The notes under the pieces were generated by a model that searched no databases, was not told the DNA's origin, and was given only the letters and a program-made list of their open reading frames with translations. Made by a program: the position numbers and the translations under genes. Below are positions 37,131 through 50,500 of a stretch of DNA of 64,000 bases, piece by piece. Source of the stretch: Hormiphora californensis (taxonomy: Eukaryota > Animalia > Ctenophora); contig CM035353.1 of the NCBI GenBank assembly GCA_020137815.1, positions 3,534,001-3,598,000 on the forward strand, read 5' to 3'. The first letter of the stretch is position 1. Every line of letters begins with the position of its first letter.

Positions 37131-37904
37131 AGACCTCTTCCTCAATATAGATCAAGAGAGAGAGAGAGAGAGACTACCCCGGCCCCTTCTTATGTTCTTA
37201 TATATAATATATGATCTGCAGAAACCATTTTGAGAATGATCACAATGCAGCAGAAGAATATGGACATGCTTGTGTGCCGAGCCATGTGAAAGAGAGAGAG
37301 AGAGTTCTTGGTGCACAGCTCAAGATGCATTTTTAAATTGTAGAGAGAGAGAGACAGCGCTACCATCACCGCTACTTCTAGGTGCGCAGTTGTGTGTTGA
37401 TGCTACGTGGTTTTAATTTCAATTATGATGCCATCTACCACTTTTTATTAGTCCGCAATTCAACAAATAAATAGCGTTTTTATTTTTACACAGTGTACTT
37501 GTTGAGTAAGGGGGAAGAGTGTGACTCTCTTCCCCCTTACCCCCCCCCCCCTTACTCAACAACAGTGTACAGCACGGGGCATGCAGTTAAATTGTGCTGA
37601 TATCTGCTCTTGGCGGTATTGCACCTAGTAATCATGGTGTATAATTCGTAACCTATAAAGATATATCGGTTAGATTAATCACAAAAACACGTCTGACCAG
37701 TCATGGGTGGGGCAGTGGCGGCCCTACCTGTATAGTTCTAGCTACCCTTGTTGACATTCAGCAGAGCTCTCTCATATACCATTCAATTGGACAAATCCAA
37801 CTGCACCTATTGGGTGATTGGAGGTAATCACAAAATTTGATTGCAGTGCGTGGGAGTCACGATCCAAGCTTTGAAACGATCTTTGTATATTTCGCTCGTC
37901 TCTT

Positions 37905-38348
<444 letters not shown>

Positions 38349-38558
38349 GCAGTTGGCCAATAATTAATTCCTCAAATATATTGGTTTGGAATCAACAAAA
38401 TGAATAAACACATGATCGCATATTACATCTCCCTCCCTCCCATTTTCTACTGAGCTACGTTACATCATTATGCAGTTGTCACTCGGCATACTATTCTGTT
38501 AAAAATTTCAAAAACGGATATGGTTTAAAAAGGCTCAAGGGTTTTAGCTGCTCAGTGC

Positions 38559-41500
38559 TCATTGTCCATCGACCCTGCCATGGTATTGCCTGTCAGGGCA
38601 TTGTCCATCAACATGGTACTGGTGATTGACTGGCCAGGTAGGCCACACCACCTGAGCTGGACTGAATACTGGCCAATTATTATTATTACTGCAGTCATGT
38701 ACTTGATCATGGTGACACTCACACTCACAATACTGCCCTACTGCATGAGGTGCCTTCTCAGTTATCGTATCATCATCACTATCATCATCATCATCATCAT
38801 CATCGTCATCGTCATCATCATCATCATCGTCATCGTCATCATCATCATCATCATCATCATCGTCATCTCTCTCTGAACTACTCCTTGTACTACTGCATCC
38901 TGACACGGAACACGACTCACAACTACTGTATGACATCTGGTATGTTGTAGTGGGCTCTGTTGTCGTTGACGCTTCTTTCCTGGCCCTGACGACGGGAGTC
39001 AGGGAATCGGTAGTCATGGTAACGGGATCGGTCCGGTTACTACTTTTACGTCTCCTCCTACCCAGTGAAAACTTCTTAACAAATGATTTTATTGCCTGTT
39101 TAACTGATTTCTTTCTTCCCTCATCTTCCTCCCCCTCCACCGGAGATCCAATTTCCGTGCTGATCCCCTGAAGGGCAGCTGTTCCTGTCTTCCTAGTGGT
39201 GACGGATGTAACCTCGGAAACAATCGAGGGAAGCCTCTCATAACTCTTGTCCTTTAAACCTCGTAGCATGAAGGAGGGTGCCCTGACAAGGGCATGAGGG
39301 CTGACTGACCTGACACTGAAATCAAGGCAGATTGACCGGGGATTTGATAGTAGTTGGTAGGGTGATTCTTTCACCGTTTTGAATACCAAGTTTAGGTCAG
39401 ATCCCTCATTCCGGGCCCTCATGAACTCATAATCACTGTCTCCCTCACTACCACTATGCTCCTTGATGGTTGACTGAGTTGGAAGGCCGAACTTGCGGGA
39501 TATGAAGTTATTGAGTGACCCGTACTGATCGTTCAGCATGGTGTATGTCTCTGTTATTTGATCATTTCCAACAGTAACGTGAACCCTCTCCACGATGAGA
39601 GAGGAGGCATCTGTGCTGGTGAGGGATACTGCATCCAATTGTTCTGATTGGGTCACTGAAATGAAATTATATTATTGTACTTATATAATAGGATCAGTAT
39701 TACGATTAAATTGGTATTCGAATGACGATTATTCGAATAATATAATTATTCAACCAATAAACCCGGGTTTATATATGTATATAGTCACCCAGTATTATAT
39801 AGGGATGAGGACATGAGGGAGGGTTTAGGCTCATAAACTTACTGACTAGCTGTAGATCTGCAATAGGTTGTTGTTGTTCAAAGAATGTAACTGGGTAATC
39901 TGAGCTCTGATCTCTCAGACTGTCCCCCGCACTCGCATCAGGACAGAATGTCCCAAGTCTCTGTTTCAACCCACCGGTCCCTATAGCCGATATTGGGGGC
40001 TGATCAGGAGAGATTGGTTGTTTCGGTACTGTTTCCCATACAATGGGAGGCGGGGCGCTCAGGAGGGCGTTCTTATGTTCCTCAATTACCGAAATTCCTT
40101 TCCTATCCTTGTCAGAACCAGCAATTCCTTTCCTATCCTTGTCTCCTGTACCCTTCCCTTTTCGGGGTCTCGGTGGTGCAAAAGGTTCCTTACACTCCCT
40201 AACCTTCTGAATGGTAGAGACATTATTATAGCGGAGTGTGTCCGCACTGTAGACCGGAGTTTTGATTTTAGAAACCGCTGCTTGGAATGAGGTAGTAGTA
40301 GTCGTAGTAGTCGTTTCCTCAGAGGACCGGCCGCCGCTAGTACTGGCTGATTCTGATGAAGTCTTCATGCTCGGTGAACTCTCCTCTGACTCCCTTCTTC
40401 CTGCTGGTATATCCGGGGAGGTGGATGATTCAGAGGTTTCAGGTACCAGTTTTAGTACGGTACCGGGTAACGGGTGTGTTGGCTGTCCTCCTGCTTCTGG
40501 GAGGGGAGGTGGGTTACCGACTACATGTTCTACTATAACTACCTTGTCCTCATATTGTTCATCGATTAAAGCTGCAGGCTGTTCCAGGACGGTCTTGTCG
40601 ATTGGGCCCGGGCGAGATTAGAGGATCCCGAAAAGAGTCCACTAGTTTAGAGCCCAGTGTACGTAAGGGGTGAGTGTGAAACAGGGGGGTGTGTTGCTGT
40701 CTCCTGATTTGGGAGGGGAGGTTGGGTACCCGAACACACTGTCCACTATAACTCCCTGTCCTCACTTATTGTCTCACGATACAGCTGCAGGCTGTTCCAG
40801 GACGGTCTTGGTCTGTGTGTTCATCAGGGTGTATGTTCGATCCGAAAAAGATGTCATACTAGTATAAAAGCTTGATCGGTACACGTGCAGACGGAACCAG
40901 GGGAACACTGGTGATTGGAGATGGAGGGTGCACTCTGCCGGCTCAATTGACGTCTAGAGCTGCTACTACTTCTTCTTCTATAGTGAGTTTGAGGGATGTA
41001 AAGTCGGTTGTCCCTCTGATTTTGAGAGTGGTTGTGCATCCCGATTTACGAACCCCGTCATGGGAAGGACTACTTTTCCTAGAACACAACACTGGTGAGT
41101 GATTGGCGAGGTGTAGCTGATCGCCGCCACGATAACCGCTCAATCCTCGCTCCTGTGAGGTATTCGGTTGTAGAGCAACTCGCATGCTTGATACCCAAGT
41201 TTATCGATCGATGTTGATTTGTTAGTCCAAGAATGGGAATCTCGGGTGAAGGGGCTGGGTAGAGAGAGCAGCGATGGTTCGTGGAGTGCCACTGTGTGAT
41301 TTGGGTCTGTGAGCTCAATGGTAGGAGAACGGTCTTGTGGAGTAGTTAGCGGATGGGGAACGAGGTCGAGTTTACCGCCTGAGCTGTCCAAATAGGGGTG
41401 TAGCGTGTGTGATTTGGGAAGTGGCTGTTGCGGGTCGTGGAGAGGTTGCACGTGCAGTTAGCGTTGCAGGATGCGGGGTTGGAGAGGTTGCACGTGCAGT

Positions 41501-44500
41501 TAGCGTGTAGGATGCGGGGTTGGAGAGGTTCCTGCCATATGACACAAATGGGTCGGTATGTGTGTGTGAGCACACAATTACATCTTCGTAACCAAGTCAG
41601 GTGGATTCATTTCAGTTGATGTTGGTTGATGGATATGAGGAGCCAATTTGCAGTGAACCCGCAGGGGGGTATTGCACTGGTCTGGCTCTTGTTGGTTGAC
41701 ATTGAACAGCGCCGTTTGCTAGCAGGATAGTTGGATCTCAGCCTGGTTTGCAGGCGGGCCTGGTTCAGGATTCCGTTTGGAGCAGTTAGATGTCTGTTTA
41801 CTCCGTCACCACTACTGATCACAGTTCGGGTTAGCACGGGAATACAACTTCACAATGACCTGACCTGCAGCGGTATCCTCAGCAGGTTGTTTCATGGGTT
41901 GGACTATCCTATGATTTGTAGTGGTGAGGTTAATCTCAGTTAATGAAGAGTTGGAAGGCCGAACTTGCGGGATATGAAGTTATTGAGTGACCCGTACTGA
42001 TCGTTTAGCATGGTGTATGTCTCTGTTATTTGATAATTTCCAACGGTAACGTGAACCCTCTCTACGATGAGAGAGGAGGCATCTGTGCTGGTGAGGGATA
42101 CCGCATCCAATTGTTCTGATTGGGTCACTGAAATGAGCTTATATTATTGTACTTATATATAGGAGTATACTATATTTATACAGATTATATTATACAGATT
42201 ATATAATACAATTAAATTGGTATTCGAATGACGATTATTCGAATAATTTAATTATACAATCAATAGACCCGGGTTTATATATGTAGCGGCCGGTCACCCA
42301 GTATTTTATAGGGATGGGGTGGGAATTTAGGCTCAAAAACTTACTGACTAGCTGTAGATCTGCAATAGGTTGTTGTTGTTCAAAGAATGTAACAGGGTAA
42401 TCTGAGCTCTGATCTCTCAGACTGTCCCCCGCACTCGCATCAGGACAGAATGTCCCAAGTCTCTGTTTCAACCCACCGGTCCCTATAGCCGATATTGGGG
42501 GCTGATCAGGAGAGATTGCTTGGTTCGGTACTGTTTCCCATACAATGGGAGGCGGGGCGCTCAGGAGGGCGTTCTTATGTTCCTCAATTACCGAAATTCC
42601 TTTCCTATCCTTGTCAGGACCAGCCATTCCTTTCCTATCCTTGTCTCCTGTACCCTTCCCTTTTCGGGGTCTGGGTGGTGCAAAAGGCTCCCTACACTCC
42701 CTGACCTTCTGAATGGTAGAGACATTATTATAGCGGAGTGTGTCCGCACTGTAGACCGGAGTTTTGATTTTAGAAACCGCTGCTTGGAATGAAGTAGTAG
42801 TAGTAGTAGTCGTCGTCTCCTCAGAGGACCGGCCGCCGCTAGTACTAGCTGATTCTGATGAAGTCTTGCTCGGTGAACTCTCCTCAGACTCCCTTCTTCC
42901 TGCTGCTGGTATATCCGGGGAGGTTGAGGATTCAGAGGTTTCAGGTACCAGTTTTAGTACGGTAACAGGGGTGAACAAGGTGTGTTGTTGACCTCCTGAT
43001 TCAGGGAGGTGGATGTTGGTGTACCCGACCACACTGTTCCCACTATAACTCCCCTGATCCTCACTCATGGTCTCATCGATACAGCTGCAGGCTGTTCCAG
43101 GACGATCTTGGTCAGATGTGTTCATCAGGGTGTATGTTTCCGAGCAAACAGATGTCATACTAGTATAACAGCTTGTATCGGTACACGTGCAGACGGAACC
43201 AGGGGAACACTGGTGAAGTTGTGGATGGAGAGTGTCACTCTTAGCGCGGCTCAATTGACGTCTAGAGCTGCTACTACTTCTCTTCTTCATCGTGAGTTTG
43301 AGGGATGTAAAGTCGAGTTGTCCCTCTGATTTTGAGAGTGGTTGTGCATCCTCGATGTTACCGAACCCTCCAGTCATGGGGAAGGGACTACTTTTCCTAG
43401 ATACCACAACACTGGTGAGTGATTTGGCGAGTGTAGTAGCTGATCGCCCGCACGATAACCGCCTCACTCTCTCAGGCTCCTGTGAGGTATTCGGTTGTAG
43501 AGCAACTCGCATGCTTGATACCCAAGTTCTTATCGATCGATGTTGATTTGTCTAGTCCAAGAATTGGGAATCTCGGGTGAAGGGGCTGGGTAGAGAGAGC
43601 AGCGATGGTTCCGTGGAGTGCCACTGCGTGTATTTGGGTCTGTGAGCTCAATGGTAGGAGAACAGGGTCTTGTGGAGGATTAGTCTAGCGGATGGGGAAC
43701 GAGGTCGAGATTTATCCGCCTGTAGCTGTCCAAATATGGGTGTAGCGTGTGTGATTTGGGAAGTGGCTGTTGCGGGTCGTGGAGAGGTTGCACGTGCAGT
43801 TAGCGTTGCAGGATGCGGGGTTGGAGAGGTTGCACGTGCAGTTAGCGTTGTAGGATGCGGGGTTGGAGAGGTTCCTGCCATATTGACACCAAACTGGGTC
43901 GGTAGGTGTGGTGTGGAGCACACAATTACATCTCTCGTAACCAGATCAGGTGGATTCATTTCAAGTTGGATTGTTGGCTGCTGCATATTGAGGGAACCAA
44001 TGTTGCAGTTGAACCAGCAGGAGGGGGTATTGCACTGGTCTGGTCTTTGTTGGTTGACATTGAACAGCCGCCGTTTGCTAGCAGGATAGTTTGGATCTCT
44101 AGCCTGGTTTGCAGGAGGTGCCTGGTTAGCAGGAGGTTCCTGGTTTGCAGGAGCAGTTAGATGTCTGTTTAGCTCCGTCACCACTACTGATCCAGGTTCA
44201 GGGTTAGCACGGGGTACATCGAACTTCACAATGACTGACCCTGCAGCGGTATCTTCAGCAGGTTGTTTCATGGGTTGACTCATCCTGATGATTGGTAGTG
44301 GTGAGGTTCTCTCTGTTCCTGACCGGGTAAGGGCAGATGAGTACCGGTGGAGTTGAGTCGGGTCTGTCAGTGTAGGCCAGGTGTTTATTGGGCTTATCCT
44401 GTTGTTTGACAGGACGACAGGGGTGTGAGTTACACTGAGGTAGGAAAAACTGTCTGAAGTTGTATCATCTGTCTTAGAGGTGGAATCTGTTGTTTTTTGC

Positions 44501-47500
44501 AGCACAGATGTATAACTCTCTGTTAATTGCCTACCAGTCACACTTTGCTGTTCCGGCACTGCTGGTCTCTGATTATACGGCTGCTCCGGCGCTGCTGGTC
44601 TCTGATTATACGGCTGTTCCGGAGCTGCTGGTCTCTGATTATACGGCTGTTCCGGCGCTGCTGGTCTCTGATTATACGGCTGTTCCGGCGCTGCTGGTCT
44701 CTGATTATACGGCTGTTCCGGCGCTGCTGGTCTCTGATTATACGGCTGTTCCGGCGCTGCTGGTCTCTGATTATACGGCTGTTCCGGCGCTGCTGGTCTC
44801 TGATTATACGGCTGTTCCGGCGCTGCTGGTCTCTGATTATACGGCTGTTCCGGCGCTGCTGGTCTCTGGTTATACGGCTGTTCCGGCGCTGCTGGTCTCT
44901 GATTATACGGCTGTTCCGGCGCTGCTGGTCTCTGATTATACGGCTGTTCCGGCGCTGCTGGTCTCTGATTATACGGCTGTTCCGGAGCTGCTGGTCTCTG
45001 ATTATACAGCTGTTCCGGAGCTGCTGGTCTCTGATTATACGGCTGTTCCGGAGCTGCTGGTCTCTGATTATACGGCTGTTCCGGAGCTGCTGGTCTCTGA
45101 TTATACGGCTGTTCCGGCGCTGCTGGTCTCTGATTATACGGCTGCTCCGACACCGCTGGTCTCTGATTATACGGCTGTTCCGGCACTGCTGGTCTCTGAT
45201 TATACGGCTGTTCCGGCGCTGCTGGTCTCTGATTATACAGCTGTTCCGGAGCTGCTGGTCTCTGATTATACGGCTGTTCCGGAGCTGCTGGTCTCTGATT
45301 ATACGGCTGTTCCGGAGCTGCTGGTCTCTGATTATACGGCTGTTCCGGCGCTGTTGGTCTCTGATTATACGGCTGTTCCGGCGCTGCTGGTCTCTGATTA
45401 TACGGCTGTTCCGGAGCTGCTGGTCTCTGATTATACGGCTGTTCCGGCACTGCTGGTCTCTGATTATACGGCTGTTCCGGCGCTGCTGGTCTCTGATTAT
45501 ACGGCTGTTCCGGCGCTGCTGGTCTCTGGTTATACGGCTGTTCCGGCGCTGCTGGTCTCTGATTATACGGCTGTTCCGGCGCTGCTGGTCTCTGATTATA
45601 CGGCTGTTCCGGAGCTGCTGGTCTCTGATTATACGGCTGTTCCGGAGCTGCTGGTCTCTGATTATACGGCTGTTCCGGCGCTGCTGGTCTCTGATTATAC
45701 GGCTGTTCCGGAGCTGTTGGTCTCTGATTATACGGCTGTTCCGGCGCTGTTGGTCTCTGATTATACGGCTGTTCCGGCGCTGCTGGTCTCTGATTATACG
45801 GCTGTTCCGGAGCTGCTGGTCTCTGATTATACGGCTGTTCCGGCGCTGCTGGTCTCTGATTATACGGCTGTTCCGGCGCTGTTGGTCTCTGATTATACGG
45901 CTGTTCCGGCGCTGCTGGTCTCTGGTTATACGGCTGTTCCGGCGCTGTTGGTCTCTGATTATACGGCTGTTCCGGCGCTGCTGGTCTCTGATTATACGGC
46001 TGTTCCGGCGCTGCTGGTCTCTGGTTGTACGGCTGTTCCGACACTGAGACCCCTTGAATCCCTACTGGCCGACTTTCGTAACTTTTAAGTGGTGAAATTG
46101 GCAGGTTAATTTGAATTCCAATTGGGTTGGTGTTCGGCTGTATTCCAACGGGTCTATAATCGTTACGCAGGGTTGGAGACCAGCTTGGTACAATCTCAGG
46201 AGTTGGTGAAGTTTGGGTACAATTCGGCATACCAATTACTGGACTGGCTTGAGTCCCAATTTGGGTTCCAACTGGACTGGCTTGAGTTCCAATTTGGGTT
46301 CCAACTGGCCGAGTTGGAATGCTTCTTGGCCTGACTTGAGTTCCAATAGAGTTTCCTTCTGGTGTGGCCTGAGTCCCTATTGGGGTACAGTATGGACTGG
46401 CTTGAGTCCCGATTGGGGTAACTCCTGGCCTCGCTTGAGTCCCGATAGGGGTACAGTATGGACTTGCTTGAGTCCCGATTGGGGTTCCATCGGGCGTGGC
46501 TTGAGTTCCGATAGGGTTAATTCCTGGTCTGGCTTGGGTCCCGATTGGGGTTCCGTCTGGCGTGGCTTGGGTCCCAATTGGGGTAACTCCTGGCCTCGCT
46601 TGAGTCCCGATTGGGGTTCCGTCTGGCGTGGCTTGGGTCCCGATTGGGGTAACTCCTGGCCTCGCTTGAGTCCCGATTGGGGTTCCGTCTGGCGTGGCTT
46701 GGGTCCCGATTGGGGTAACTCCTGGCCTCGCTTGAGTCCCGATTGGGGTTCCGTCTGGCGTGGCTTGGGTCCCGATTGGGGTAACTCCTGGCCTCGCTTG
46801 AGTCCCGATTGGGGTTCTGTATGGACGTGCTTGGGTCCCAGTTGGGATTCTGTCTGGACTTGCCTGGGTCCCGATTTGGGTACCGTCGGGCGTGGCCTGG
46901 GTCCCGATTGGGGTACCATCGGGCGTGGCTTGAGTCCCGATTGGGGTACCGTCGGGCGTGGCTTGAGTCCCGATCGGGGTTCCGTATGGACTTGCTTGGG
47001 TTCCGATTGGGGTTCCGTCGGGCGTGGCTTGAGTCCCGATTGGTGTTCCGTATGGACTTGCCTGGGTTCCGATTGGGGTTCCGTCGGGCGTGGCTTGAGT
47101 CCCGATCGGGGTTCCGTATGGACTTGCTTGGGTTCCGATTGGGGTTCCGTCGGGCGTGGCTTGAGTCCCGATTGGTGTTCCGTATGGACTAGCTTGGGTT
47201 CCGATCGGAGTTCCGTATGGACGTGCTTGGGTCCCAGTTGGTATTCTGTCTGGCGTGGCTTGAGTCCCGATAGGGGTACAGTATGGACTGGCTTGGGTTC
47301 CGATTGGGGTTCCGTATGGACTTGCTTGGGTCCCTATTGGGGTACCGTCTGGCGTGGCTTGAGTCCCGATTGGGTTTCCGTATGGACTTGCTTGAGTCCC
47401 GATGGGGGTTCCGTATGGACTTGCCTGGGTCCCGATTGGGGTACCGTCAGGCGTGGCTTGAGTCCCGATTGGGGTACAGTTTGGACTGGCTTGGGTTCCG

Positions 47501-50500
47501 ATCGGGGTTCCGTATGGACTTGCTTGGGTCCCTATTGGGGTACCGTCTGGCGTGGCTTGAGTCCCGATTGGGTTTCCGTATGGACTTGCTTGAGTCCCGA
47601 TGGGGGTTCCGTATGGACTTGCCTGGGTCCCGATTGGGGTACCGTCAGGCGTGGCTTGAGTCCCGATTGGGGTACCATATGGCCTGGCTTGAGTCCTGAT
47701 TGGGGTACCATAAGGACTAGCTTGGGTCCCTATTGGGGTACCGTCGGGCGTGGCTTGAGTCCCGATTGGGGTTCCGTATGGACTTGCTTGAGTCCCGATG
47801 GGGGTTCTGTATGGACTTGCCTGGGTCCCGATTGGGGTACCGTCTGGCGTGGCTTGAGTCCCGATTGGGGTTCCGTATGGACTTGCTTGAGTCCCGATGG
47901 GGGTTCTGTATGGACTTGCCTGGGTCCCGATTGGGGTACCATCGGGCGTGGCTTGAGTTCCGATTGGGGTACCGTATGGCCTGGCTTGAGTCCCGATTGG
48001 GGTTCCGTCTGGCGTGGCTTGAGTCGCGATAAGGGTTCCGTAAGGACTAGCTTGGGTCCCTATTGGGGTACCGTCGGTCGTAGCTTGACTCCCAATTGGG
48101 GTACTAACAGGATTAGCTTGGGTTCCGATTGGGGTCGCGTCGGGCGTGACTTGAGTCCCGATAGGGGTTCCGTATGGTCTGACTGTTGTAGCTGGTTGAT
48201 TCAATTCAGCACGATTTTTCATCGGTATCAGCGACGAAATGGGGCGAGTAGCAGTAGCAGGTGCAAATGGTTTTATAGTTGACTTCCGAGCTGTTGTCAT
48301 AATTGAAGTGATCGTTGTGACCTGACATCCTCCTTGCTGACTGACCCTTGAAACAATACTACTCATCTGAGATGCGATTGGTAATCTTCCTCCTCCGGCC
48401 GATACTTCATCACCTGATTTCGATTTTTTACGGTACACCTCGGTCAAATGGGATGGTTTGTAACTGCTGAAGGTTGAAGAGGGCTCTCGACTCCTCCCTC
48501 CAGGTTCATCTTGGGATAGGCTACTTTCCGTTGAGTGCCGTGACCCTGGAGATGGAAGGGACACTTTCATGGGCTGAAACATGGATGGTATGTCATGTGG
48601 CAAATATCTTGAGGACCTTATGCCAGCAGTATTGGGGGAATCCTCTGTTATAGGTAGCTTGTTTGGTATGCAACTAGAAGGTGCCCCATCTGATCTCGCG
48701 GGAGAAAGTTGCACTCTGATAGGCTCGTACAAATTAGTATTTGGAATTTCCTGATGTGGCGTTGGTTCAGGTGGATGACTAAATATAATTAGATTGCAAG
48801 GCGGCTGCGGCATTCCACCAGAAAGTGCATCTCTTTGAAGCGGGCTAGGCATTCCTTCTGGTAAAACATTTCGGGTCTCTAATGAAGGTTCAGTAGCTTG
48901 AAGCTGATCCACTTGTTGTGGAAGTCTAGTAGCGGTGGTCAGAACTGATGTCACAGTTTCCACTTCGTAACCCCGGTGAAAACTAGTTCTGGAAACCATG
49001 CTGCTCAAACTTGAATTCCTTTCACGTCTAGTGGGGTAACTTTCTGGTTCTGCCTTGTTCTGCGTGGGGTCCTTTAACAACGGTTCCTTTTCGACACATG
49101 TTGCTTTAATCACGGGCACATTTGTATCATTTGTCGTTCTAATGACGTCGGGTGGTTGGTAGGGTGTTGTAGTTGGTTGGTAGGGTGTTGTAGCCGGTTG
49201 GTAGGGTGTTGTAGCCGGTTGGTAGGGTGCTGTAGCCGGTTGGTAGGGTGTTGTAGTTGGTTGATAGGGTGTTGTAGTTGGTTGGTAGGGTGTTGTAATT
49301 GGTTGGTAGGGTGTTGTAATTGGTTGGTAGGGTGTTGTAGTTGGTTGATAGGGTGTTGTAGTTGGTTGGTAGGGTGTTGTAGTTGGTTGGTAGGGTGTTG
49401 TAGTTGGTTGGTAGGGTGTTGTAGTTGGTTGATAGGGTGTTGTAGTTGGTTGGTCGGGTTCTTTCTTTGGTTGTCTTTTGTATGTCAGTTGGTTTGTTAT
49501 GCGGTGTTTTTTCGTTGGTTGTCGGGTGTTTTCGTTGGTTGGTCGGCGTGGTTGTCGTTGTTGTGTTGGTCGGGTGTTGTCGTTGTTGGTCGGCCCGGGT
49601 GTTTGTCGTTGGTTGGTTCGGGTGTTGGTCGTTCAGGGTGGTCGGGGTGTTTGTCGTTAGGTTGTCTGGTTTTATGTCGTTGGTATTGGTGCGGGTTGTT
49701 GCTCGTTGGTTGTTCGGGGTTGTTGTTGGTTGTTCCGGGTGTTGGTTGTTGAGTTGTCGGGTGATTGTCGTTGGTTGGTCGGGTGTTGTCTTTGGATTGT
49801 TCGGGTGTTTGTCGTTGGGTGGCTCGGGTGTTGTCGTTGGTTGGTCGGGTGTTTGTTTTTTGTTTTTATGTTGTTGTTTTTTTTTTGGTCTGGTGCTGTG
49901 TGGTTGCTAGGGTCTTTTCGTTGGTTGGTTGTAAGGTGTTGTAGTTGGTTGGTAGGGTGTTGTAGCCGGTTGGTAGGGTGTTGAAGCCGGTTGGTAGGGT
50001 GTTGTAGCCGGTTGGTAGGGTGCTGTAGTTGGTTGGTAGGGTGTTGTTGTTGTTGGTTGATAGGGTGTTGTAGTTGGTTGGTAGGGTGTTGTAGTTGGTT
50101 GGTAGGGTGTTGTAGTTGGTTGGTAGGGTGTTGTTGTTGTTGGTTGGTAGGGTGTTGTAGTTTGTTGGTAGGGTGTTGTAGTTGGTTGGTAGGGTGTTGT
50201 AGCCGGTTGGTAGGGTGTTGTAGTTGGTTGGTAGGGTGTTGTAGTTGGTTGGTAGGGTGTTGTAGTTGGTTGGTAGGGTGTTGTAGTTGGTTGGTAGGGT
50301 GTTGTAGTTGGGTCTGCTTCCTTTTCTGCGATAGCAACTTCTTTCGATGACTTTGACTCAGCAATAGACAGTAGTGTCGGACTTTTTGAGCGGCCTTTCG
50401 AAAACCGGCGACTGCGTTTTTGACTGTTGTTTCTACTATCTCTGCTGTCTCTACTATCTCTGCTGTCTCTACTGTCTCTACTATCTCTACTATCTCTACT

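Noticed and set aside
49455-49920. Distinct GT-rich insertion in the giant gene
   Set aside because: Looks like an error-degraded version of the flanking 21-bp array rather than a separate element.
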